Source of the DNA: Candidatus Gottesmanbacteria bacterium GW2011_GWA2_43_14
GTDB lineage: Bacteria > Patescibacteriota > Microgenomatia > 2-02-FULL-39-11
Direction: 5' to 3'
Length of the DNA stretch: 64,000 nt
NCBI GenBank assembly: GCA_000999095.1
Contig: LCFP01000004.1
Coordinates: forward strand, 80,930-144,929
In this document: positions 57,182 through 64,000 of the stretch, piece after piece
Layout of the letters: each line of letters starts with the position of its first letter
Numbering within the stretch: the stretch's first letter is position 1
Made by a program: the position numbers and the translations under genes
The notes under the pieces: generated by a model
Databases searched by the model: none
What the model was told of the DNA's origin: nothing
What the model saw: only the letters and a program-made list of their open reading frames with translations

Positions 57182-57847
57182 TCATTTCGAATTCCCTGAA
57201 ATAGCGGATTTAGCGATCATTTCGTCCAGAAGAAGTTTTACATTGGGAATAAAACCGGGAACTTCGTTTTTATATACTTTGTACACCGACCCGAATTTCC
57301 TGAGCATCTTTTTTTCTTCACTTTTTGCCAGACGGATGTAGCGGAAAATAAGGATCGGCGCCATGACAAGCGTTATAATGGTTGGCCACTGGATGAGAAA
57401 ACCAACAATTATAAGGATAAAGGCCAGATATTGAGGGTGGCGCAGATATTTATAGACACTAATAACAGCCAGACTTTGTTGCTTTTGGGCTTTATAAAGG
57501 ACTTCCCAGGCTTTACCCAAAAGAATTAACCCTCCGATAATAAGCGCGTAACTGATGATATGCAGGATATTAAAGTGAGGATCACCTTTCAGACCCAACA
57601 GGGTGTTTAATATATGACCGTTGTTGTGTGTAAAATCCAAGCCTAACCGACTTCCAAAGAACGAAGTTAACAGGTAAATTGTCAAAGGAAATCCATACAT
57701 TTCGGCAAACAGCGCGACTATAAAGGCTCCAAAGATACAGTAAGTCTGCCAATCAATCTTTGTTCTTGGTTTGAAAGCGCTATAAATAAAATAGAGAAAA
57801 AGAACAATATTGAATAAAACCAGAAGCCAGTTACCATACTCATACAT
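57182..57847 (-). CDS. isoprenylcysteine carboxyl methyltransferase/PEMT family membrane protein
   Basis: ALFAEMYGFPLTIY, RHPQY, EE..M...FG..Y..Y...VP. Confidence 0.88.
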   Translation of the reverse strand: MYEYGNWLLVLFNIVLFLYFIYSAFKPRTKIDWQTYCIFGAFIVALFAEMYGFPLTIYLLTSFFGSRLGLDFTHNNGHILNTLLGLKGDPHFNILHIISYALIIGGLILLGKAWEVLYKAQKQQSLAVISVYKYLRHPQYLAFILIIVGFLIQWPTIITLVMAPILIFRYIRLAKSEEKKMLRKFGSVYKVYKNEVPGFIPNVKLLLDEMIAKSAISGNSK

Positions 57848-57855
57848 ATACGAAC

Positions 57856-57889
57856 AGTGTAACAGTAAGAGATTAAGAATTTATGAGGC
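57856..57889 (-). promoter_or_regulatory. direct-repeat box D plus extended -10 (TGTTACACT)
   Basis: ATTAAGA(57872)-attt-ATGAGGC(57883); 10 bp to -10. Confidence 0.68.
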
Positions 57890-57898
57890 CTTTATCAA

Positions 57899-58282
57899 TT
57901 ATCTGCTTCTATCAATAATTTCTTTAATAATTTTATCAATTTCGATAGGTAGCGCACCGAGATGTGCTTTCGGGAAAAACCGGGGAAGGATAATTGGGCG
58001 CATGCCTGAAATATACGTAATCCCATCCTTCCGGTAGACGTTTATCTTACAGGGCAAACATAATCCTATCTTGATATCAGCCTGAAGTACAGTATAGGCG
58101 CTTCTAGCATTGCAAATCTCGATAATCTTGAATGGTTCAGCCTTAAAACCCTTCTCTTTCAATGTGGCTGTGACATCATGGATATAAAGCACGCGAAATC
58201 CGGCATTTTTCGTTTCTTTCTCAACCGCTTTAACCGCTTGATCAAATGATTTCTCCGTTGTAACCGTGTAATCAAAATCCAT
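57899..58282 (-). CDS. DUF302 family protein
   Basis: GFRVL..HDV..TLKEKG, EICN, LPCKI.VY. Confidence 0.9.
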   Translation of the reverse strand: MDFDYTVTTEKSFDQAVKAVEKETKNAGFRVLYIHDVTATLKEKGFKAEPFKIIEICNARSAYTVLQADIKIGLCLPCKINVYRKDGITYISGMRPIILPRFFPKAHLGALPIEIDKIIKEIIDRSR

Positions 58283-58306
58283 ACGCTTATTTAAAAAGTT
58301 ATTACT

Positions 58307-58402
58307 TTAGAAATGCTGGCAGGCATTGACGGGCATTTCTGCTGATTGAATTTTGCCGCATTTTGGGCAAGTCAGATTTGCTGTGGTAATAATTTGGTCC
58401 AT
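58307..58402 (-). pseudogene. truncated GDCCVxC-protein paralog
   Basis: MDQIITTANLTCPKCGKIQSAEMPVNACQHF-stop; matches the N-terminal half of 60006..60239. Confidence 0.78.
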
Positions 58403-58425
58403 AAAATAAGTTTAAAATTTAAATA

Positions 58426-58830
58426 TTAATTTTTTTTAAGAGAAAAACCTTTGGATTGCCAGTCGTGCATCCCTAAGATGTGATTGTAAACATTGGTGTA
58501 GCCGAGTTCAGTCAGGCGTTTGGCGGCGATAGCACTCATCCGGCCGCTTTTGCAATACAAGATGATTTTGGCATTTTTATCTTTGGGGAATTTATTGAGA
58601 TTTTCATCAATCCGGTCATAGGGAATAAAAGCATCGGTTTTTTCAATTTCTCCCTCATAAGGCGTGTGGACATTGACAAAATAAAAATCTTTATTTTGCA
58701 GCATGGTTTTTAACTGGTCACTGGTTATATCAGTATATTCAAACGCTGAAGGAGTTTGATGAATTTTATAAAAATACAACCAACTGCCAAGAAAAACAGC
58801 CAGGAAAAGAATAATTAGGAATTTTTTCAT
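58426..58830 (-). CDS. rhodanese-domain membrane-anchored protein
   Basis: MKKFLIILFL anchor, LYCKSGRMS, GYTNVYN, GM..W. Confidence 0.88.
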   Translation of the reverse strand: MKKFLIILFLAVFLGSWLYFYKIHQTPSAFEYTDITSDQLKTMLQNKDFYFVNVHTPYEGEIEKTDAFIPYDRIDENLNKFPKDKNAKIILYCKSGRMSAIAAKRLTELGYTNVYNHILGMHDWQSKGFSLKKN

Positions 58831-58831
58831 C

Positions 58832-59341
58832 TTAAAAACAATGGCGAAGTTTGGCTTCGAAATTTTCAGGATCGGCAATTCCGGCAACTAAGATTTTGTC
58901 CTTATATCCGCCTGAAGCACTAGTTTCAATAATAACATCACCGAAATGAAAAATTTTACCCAGGAATGATTGTTTAATGGTGACGGAACGGATGTTGTTA
59001 AGATCATAAACTTTCTCCTGGATGGAAAAAATACCCTGATGTTTGACAAGATGCTTTTCAGTTAAAAAGAAGGATTTTCCGCGCCAGTGAAGAATAGTGG
59101 AAATGATAAAAAATATCTGGATAACGCTTTTGAATACATGGATAAAAGCCAATAAAAGAACTACAAAATGGTGAATGTTGAAAGGTAAAGTCAATTTCAG
59201 AAAGTAGATCCGGAGTAAAGAAAAGTTTAAAAAAGCATAGAGACCGTCAGTAATCAGTAAAAACATCGTCAGCTGAAAAATCAGCAGGGTCATGTTTCCT
59301 TTAATTACGTCTGATGGTGATGTCGTGTGTGTCCATTCCAT
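58832..59341 (-). CDS. bacterial PH-domain (YdbS-like) membrane protein
   Basis: two TM segments then GIFS, I.SV...QS.LGKIF.FGDV.IETS. Confidence 0.82.
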   Translation of the reverse strand: MEWTHTTSPSDVIKGNMTLLIFQLTMFLLITDGLYAFLNFSLLRIYFLKLTLPFNIHHFVVLLLAFIHVFKSVIQIFFIISTILHWRGKSFFLTEKHLVKHQGIFSIQEKVYDLNNIRSVTIKQSFLGKIFHFGDVIIETSASGGYKDKILVAGIADPENFEAKLRHCF

Positions 59342-59347
59342 AATTAA

Positions 59348-59695
59348 TTAAGGCAGCAGAATACCTCCCCGATAGCCCGGAATCCACCACGGAATAAAGA
59401 CATAGATAATAAAGATAAACCCGGCGGTCAGAGACAAAAGCAGATAAAGAGTCAGGCCTCTCAGGCGGTCATAGAAAGTTTTATACCCTTTAAGGGTGCA
59501 ACTGTGTTGATGATGCAGATATTGCCAAAAAAGAAGGGCTGTCAAAAGAAGTGCCGGCAGAAGAAAGATTTTATTGCTTGCTTCTTGGCTTAGCATGAAT
59601 AAAATTCCCGAAGAAACAAGCAGAAAAAGCAACATCCCGCAACAGATAAGGTGGATAAACAGAAAAGGAAAAACAGCCCCGACTGCCTGTCTCAT
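59348..59695 (-). CDS. small membrane protein with intramembrane CC (MerF/MerT-like architecture)
   Basis: HLICCG in TM1, three hydrophobic segments, HHQHSC loop. Confidence 0.7.
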   Translation of the reverse strand: MRQAVGAVFPFLFIHLICCGMLLFLLVSSGILFMLSQEASNKIFLLPALLLTALLFWQYLHHQHSCTLKGYKTFYDRLRGLTLYLLLSLTAGFIFIIYVFIPWWIPGYRGGILLP

Positions 59696-59961
59696 TATTT
59701 TTCAGGTGATTGATGGTGTTTATTGCCTTTGGAGTGATCTTTCATCATAAAGACATGTAAGATGGGACAGGCGAGAATTGCTCCATAAAAAAGTAGGTTG
59801 TTGATGGGAACTTTAAAGACGGAAACCGCTGCGAACGTAGCGATTAAGACTGCTCCGCAAAGATATAGCCATTTGGCCCGAGGGTTTATTTTAGGACTCT
59901 GGTTGGATTCATTCCCGGATTCCTGCTGTTTAGACTTTTCATCATTATTACAACAATTCAT
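59695..59961 (-). CDS. DUF2933 membrane protein
   Basis: MNCC start, LACPILHVFMM..H; ATG59961 is 7 nt from the -10. Confidence 0.82.
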   Translation of the reverse strand: MNCCNNDEKSKQQESGNESNQSPKINPRAKWLYLCGAVLIATFAAVSVFKVPINNLLFYGAILACPILHVFMMKDHSKGNKHHQSPEK

Positions 59962-59968
59962 CTTTATC

Positions 59969-60003
59969 AGGATACCAGATGAAAGATTAAGAAATGATGA
60001 ACA
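59969..60003 (-). promoter_or_regulatory. direct-repeat box E plus extended -10 (TGGTATCCT)
   Basis: ATTAAGA(59986)-aatg-ATGAACA(59997); 11 bp to -10. Confidence 0.75.
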
Positions 60004-60005
60004 AG

Positions 60006-60239
60006 TTATACAGGATTTATGATTTTTCTGATAACTACTGTTTCTGAATGCTGTTTCGGTGGGCACTTGGTTTTGCTGTACGAGCAGAAAACACAACAAT
60101 CTCCCTCTTTCGGTTTTAGCATTTCCCCGCATTTTTGGCTTTGGTAAAAATACTGACAGGCGTTAATAGGCATTTCCGTTGATTGTTCAGCATGGCACAG
60201 AGGACAGGTTAATACTGCAGCTGTAACGATTTTTTTCAT
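60006..60239 (-). CDS. GDCCVxC-domain Cys-rich protein
   Basis: TCPLC..EMP.NACQYFY..KCG..LKPKEGDCCVFCSY..CPP. Confidence 0.88.
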   Translation of the reverse strand: MKKIVTAAVLTCPLCHAEQSTEMPINACQYFYQSQKCGEMLKPKEGDCCVFCSYSKTKCPPKQHSETVVIRKIINPV

Positions 60240-61627
60240 ACAAGCGGAAGAGTTATGGTAATGGTAGTGCCTTTATTAAAGATACTTTTTACGGTAATAG
60301 TACCTTTATAGATATCGATAATGGATTTGGAAATGGCCAACCCCAAACCGGAACCTGAGATATTTTGAGTTTTTGCCCCGCGGTAAAATCTTTCAAAAAT
60401 ATATGGCAGATCTTCTTTGGCTATTCCAAGACCCCTGTCACTAATGGTTAGAATTGCTATGTTTCCGTGAGTTTTGAGCTTAATATCAATATGTCCCTTT
60501 TCTTTCGAATACTTTACGGCGTTATCAAGGCAATTGAGGATAGCCCTGCCCAGTTTATCTTCTTTGCCGTACACAAAAACATCTGGTTGGAAGTCTAAAT
60601 TTACCCTGATTGATTTTGCCTGGGCCAGTTTGACCGCAATTTCACCAAGCTCGGACAAGAGACTGCTTAAATTGACCTTATTATTATCAGCTTTAGCCTG
60701 CGAAGCTTCACTCCAGGCCAGATCGAGGATATTTTGCAGAGTATTCGACAGTCTGTTGTTATCAATAATAGCCTCCTCGATTACTTTTTTATATTCAGCT
60801 TTTGACCGTTCTTTTTGAAGAGAGACCTCCAAACCGGTCCTTTGAGTGGCAAAGGGTGTTTTAAGTTCATGCGCCACATCGGCGATAAACTGCCGTTCAC
60901 GTTTGAAAGCCAGTTTGATCCGGTCAAGGAGTTTATTGAAAGTGGTGGCCAGTTCGGAAATTTCATCACCTGTTCCCGGATCGTTTATCCGCTCACTGAG
61001 ATTTTCACCGGAAATTTTATTTAATTTACGGCTAATATCGGAAACTGGCTTTAATGCACGTACTGAAAACCAATAACCGCCAAGTAAAGTAGGGAACAGC
61101 ATGACGGCAAAAGCGGCGATTAAAGTCAAAGATAATTTATTTAATGACGACTGAATAACATCGATCGGATGACCTACTAAAACGACGCCCGATAGCTCGC
61201 CTTCAAAATAAACGGGGGATGCGTAAAATCTGATACTTTGACTGCCCAGTCTGGTATTGGTTAAGATATTTTTCCGACTATTGATCGCCTGGCGGTGCAT
61301 AGCGGCAAAGGTATTTCTGTCAAAACTGTTCATCAACGAACTGGAGATGATATCTCCCCGGGTATTCATGATGATGACCAACATCCCCGGAATTTCCGAA
61401 AACTCGTAAAGAAAGGCTCTTTGAGCCAGGACTTCATTCGAGTCTTGTCCCTGTTTAGAGACGACTTCAACCACTTTATTGCCATGGGAAATAAGAGAAC
61501 TGTCAGTTTGTTGATAAAGAAGCTGGCTGGTCAACAAAAAAAAGCCTGCAAATATAACTGTAGTTGTTAACAAAAAAGCCAGGAAATACCAAATGGTCAG
61601 GCGGAATTTGATACTGCGAATGTTCAT
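60236..61627 (-). CDS. HAMP-domain sensor histidine kinase (CusS/CopS-like)
   Basis: two TM, GDEI..LA.TFN, AHELKTP, NAVKY, D.G.GI, IFERFYR, GSGLGL. Confidence 0.95.
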   Translation of the reverse strand: MNIRSIKFRLTIWYFLAFLLTTTVIFAGFFLLTSQLLYQQTDSSLISHGNKVVEVVSKQGQDSNEVLAQRAFLYEFSEIPGMLVIIMNTRGDIISSSLMNSFDRNTFAAMHRQAINSRKNILTNTRLGSQSIRFYASPVYFEGELSGVVLVGHPIDVIQSSLNKLSLTLIAAFAVMLFPTLLGGYWFSVRALKPVSDISRKLNKISGENLSERINDPGTGDEISELATTFNKLLDRIKLAFKRERQFIADVAHELKTPFATQRTGLEVSLQKERSKAEYKKVIEEAIIDNNRLSNTLQNILDLAWSEASQAKADNNKVNLSSLLSELGEIAVKLAQAKSIRVNLDFQPDVFVYGKEDKLGRAILNCLDNAVKYSKEKGHIDIKLKTHGNIAILTISDRGLGIAKEDLPYIFERFYRGAKTQNISGSGLGLAISKSIIDIYKGTITVKSIFNKGTTITITLPLV

Positions 61628-61643
61628 TTTTAATACCCGAGTG

Positions 61644-62318
61644 TTAGACTGATTTGCTGATTTTATAACCGACTCCGTGTAAGGTATGAATCAATTTAAA
61701 AGTTGCTTTGCCGTCAATTTTTTTTCGTAATGCGGCGACAAAAACATCAACCACATTGCTTAACCCTTCGAAATTATAATCCCAAACATGTTCGATTAGC
61801 ATGGTTCTCGAGACAACTTCGTCTTTATGCCTCATTAAAAATTCCAGAATGGCAAATTCCTTGGGGGTCAGCTTGATATGATGTTTATTTCTATTGACTG
61901 TATGTTTGATGGGGTCGACTGTCAGGTCGGCGATCTTTAAAACCGGAGAACTTTCACCGCGGCTTCTTCTGATGAGGGCATGGATACGGGATTTTAACTC
62001 CAGAAATGAAAACGGTTTGGTCAAATAATCATCAGCTCCCGAGTCAAGGCCGGTCACCTTGTCTTCGACATTGGATTTGGCCGTGAGCATGATGACTGGG
62101 ATATTGTGTTTTTTCTGCCTCAATCTCCGACAAATGGCCACTCCGTCAAGTTTCGGCAGCATGATGTCCAGAATAATAAGATCATATGGCTCTGTTTCAG
62201 CCATAAACATGCCGTCTTCGCCATCATAAGCCAGATCGACGGCAAAACCATCTTCAATAAGGCCTTTTTTAACGACATGGGCCAGTCTCCGCTCGTCTTC
62301 GATGATTAAAATACGCAT
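61644..62318 (-). CDS. OmpR-family response regulator (CusR/CopR-like)
   Basis: IIEDE, ILDIMLP, GADDYLTKPF, LTPKEF, EHVWD, NVVDV, TLHGVGY. Confidence 0.95.
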   Translation of the reverse strand: MRILIIEDERRLAHVVKKGLIEDGFAVDLAYDGEDGMFMAETEPYDLIILDIMLPKLDGVAICRRLRQKKHNIPVIMLTAKSNVEDKVTGLDSGADDYLTKPFSFLELKSRIHALIRRSRGESSPVLKIADLTVDPIKHTVNRNKHHIKLTPKEFAILEFLMRHKDEVVSRTMLIEHVWDYNFEGLSNVVDVFVAALRKKIDGKATFKLIHTLHGVGYKISKSV

Positions 62319-62327
62319 AAGTGAGGT

Positions 62328-62373
62328 ATTTTACAATATCGAGGATTAAAAAAACATTAAGAAATAATGAAGG
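62328..62373 (-). promoter_or_regulatory. triple direct-repeat box F plus -10 (TAAAAT), autoregulatory site
   Basis: ATTAAAA(62345), ATTAAGA(62356), ATGAAGG(62367) at 11-bp period; first repeat 11 bp from -10. Confidence 0.72.
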
Positions 62374-63244
62374 GATATTTCTTTAAAACTTGAGACATAA
62401 TTTCCGGGCCTTTTAAAATTCCCATTTCATTTATTACTCTAACCTGCTCAAAGTAGGGGATAAAGTCGAAGGCCGGAGTATGAAATTTCAGTCCTTTTGG
62501 AGCATTCTCCCAAATCTCGACACCTTCTCTTCTTTCGATAATTGTCTCCTTAAACGGTCGGTGATCATATTTTAATAGAATGCTCAGGACATAGACCGGA
62601 ATATTCTTTGAATTGGCGGCAAAGGTTATGCCCAGGCTGCCGACTTTGTTGACGAAACCTGATGAACTTAACAAATCGGCTCCGATAAAAACAGCCGAGA
62701 CGGGTTTTGTGAGAAGAATTGAGGCGGCAGCATCGTCAATGATCATGGTGACATCAGTCAGTCCGGCCCCGATCAATTCCCGAGCGGTGATTCTGCCCTG
62801 ATAAAGAGGCCTGGTTTCGGTGGCGTATACAGAGAACTTTTTGCCTTGAAGGTAGGCTTCCATAAACATATTTGTCACGGTTGAAGAATGGCAGTGAGTC
62901 AGGTAAATTCCACCGTCTGCAATCAGTTGGCTTCCTATTTGACCCATTGTCTCCTTGGCGGATTTCAGAATCTCCTTAAATTTTTCTGCCATTTCCGCAT
63001 ATTTAGTCGGATCAGTTTGTTTAGCCTGGAAGATGAATTTCAGCGCATTGACAGCTAAAGGTTCCGTCGGCCGGGCTTGGGCCAGTTTCTGCAACGCGGT
63101 AAATAAAAATTCATGATAATCAGCCGGATAAATTGCGGTCTTCATGACTTCCTTCAGTCCGTCAATAACTGCCAAAGCTACGTTAGTCGCTCCCTGGATT
63201 TTCAGGCTCTTGATGTCAGCCTCAATTTGCTTTATTTTATCCAC
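62357..63244 (-). CDS. eIF-2B-like ribose-1,5-bisphosphate isomerase
   Basis: IQGATNVA, ARPTEP, THCHSSTV, TETRPLYQG, GAD, NKVGS, PAFD. Confidence 0.85.
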   Translation of the reverse strand: MDKIKQIEADIKSLKIQGATNVALAVIDGLKEVMKTAIYPADYHEFLFTALQKLAQARPTEPLAVNALKFIFQAKQTDPTKYAEMAEKFKEILKSAKETMGQIGSQLIADGGIYLTHCHSSTVTNMFMEAYLQGKKFSVYATETRPLYQGRITARELIGAGLTDVTMIIDDAAASILLTKPVSAVFIGADLLSSSGFVNKVGSLGITFAANSKNIPVYVLSILLKYDHRPFKETIIERREGVEIWENAPKGLKFHTPAFDFIPYFEQVRVINEMGILKGPEIMSQVLKKYPFIIS

Positions 63245-63266
63245 AAGACTATTTTAACGGATAAAA

Positions 63267-63713
63267 ATGCTTTATACACCCCACTTTCTGACCGGCGCAG
63301 TGATTTTGAAATATGTTCCCAATCCGCTGGTCGGACTGCCTCTGGCATTACTGTCGCATGTAGTTCTTGATTTAACGCCTCATAATGATTTCGGATTGCG
63401 GCCGGGAATTACCCTGAAAGAATTCTGGAAAATGGAGATAAGGAGAAGAAACATCATTATTTCGGCCTTACTTTTCGACTACTTATTATGTGCCGGAGTA
63501 TTTGTTTGGCTGTTTTCGACCTACAGGAATTGGTGGCTACTTCTGGGAGGCATAGCCGGGGTATTTCCTGATGCCTTGGAGCAATTCCTGATGCTGTTTG
63601 GTATAGCGCTCCCGGGCTGGCAGGATAAACTGCAATGGAGGGTTTCGGCCAAATACGGCTTTATTTCATACCCTTTAATTTCCCTGTTATCGCTTTTTTT
63701 CCTTTTAAGATAA
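63267..63713 (+). CDS. membrane protein with His motifs (metal-dependent hydrolase-like)
   Basis: [20 protein letters not shown]. Confidence 0.75.
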   Translation: MLYTPHFLTGAVILKYVPNPLVGLPLALLSHVVLDLTPHNDFGLRPGITLKEFWKMEIRRRNIIISALLFDYLLCAGVFVWLFSTYRNWWLLLGGIAGVFPDALEQFLMLFGIALPGWQDKLQWRVSAKYGFISYPLISLLSLFFLLR

Positions 63714-63765
63714 GATAAATTTTGGTAAGATATTAAAGTTATTATTATTGAAAAGGAGAAAAATA

Positions 63766-64000
63766 ATGTCAGAGAAAACTGTAACGGATAAGGATTTTGA
63801 TGAGAATGTGGTCAAATCCGCCCTTCCGGTCCTGGTGGATTTTTGGGCGGTTTGGTGCGGACCCTGCCAAATCCAAAATCCGATTTTAGAAGAACTGGCA
63901 AAGCAATATAATGGTAAGGTTGTCATAGCTAAACTGAATGTGGATGAAAATCCGGCAACAGCAGCAAAGTTTGGAGTGATGAGCATCCCCACTCTTATGC
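63766..64000 (+). CDS. trxA: thioredoxin, partial (runs off window end)
   Basis: [41 protein letters not shown]; SD AAGGAG. Confidence 0.95.
   Translation, partial: MSEKTVTDKDFDENVVKSALPVLVDFWAVWCGPCQIQNPILEELAKQYNGKVVIAKLNVDENPATAAKFGVMSIPTLM

Noticed and set aside
60006-60239. Selenoprotein possibility for the GDCCVxC protein
   Set aside because: No in-frame TGA; the motif is encoded with Cys
1-64000. CRISPR arrays, rRNA/tRNA genes, transposases, integrases, prophage genes
   Set aside because: None recognised by eye; the window is almost fully covered by protein-coding genes (tRNAscan/Rfam not run)

Overview
Gene-dense bacterial chromosome segment. It is probably from a CPR/Patescibacteria (Microgenomates-like) organism; this is inferred from the archaeal-type UMP kinase, ATP-dependent DNA ligase, stand-alone PolA 5'-3' exonuclease, R15P-isomerase-like gene and many leaderless-looking promoters. 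The left part (1-37.6 kb) is mostly housekeeping. It includes a complete trpEGDCFBA operon behind an unusual T-box riboswitch (ultrashort k-turn Stem I with a UGG specifier in a terminal loop, plus a terminator that also hides the Shine-Dalgarno), a YbaK-fused TrpRS, DNA repair genes, a five-gene glycosyltransferase cluster and a probable folate-salvage trio. The right part (37.6-62.4 kb) is a ~25 kb copper/heavy-metal and envelope thiol-redox island with two P1B-ATPases, many uncharacterised Cys/His-rich proteins, a two-component system and a BlaI/M56 pair. Two cis-regulatory codes can be read directly in the island. The first is an 11-bp-period direct repeat (TCTTCAT-N4-TCTTAAT) sitting 10-11 bp upstream of a -10 box at six promoters, including the response regulator's own. 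The second is a TACTAC-N5-GTAGTA operator over the blaI-like and dsbA promoters. I saw no rRNA, tRNA, CRISPR array or transposase. All family assignments come from motif recognition by eye, not database searches.
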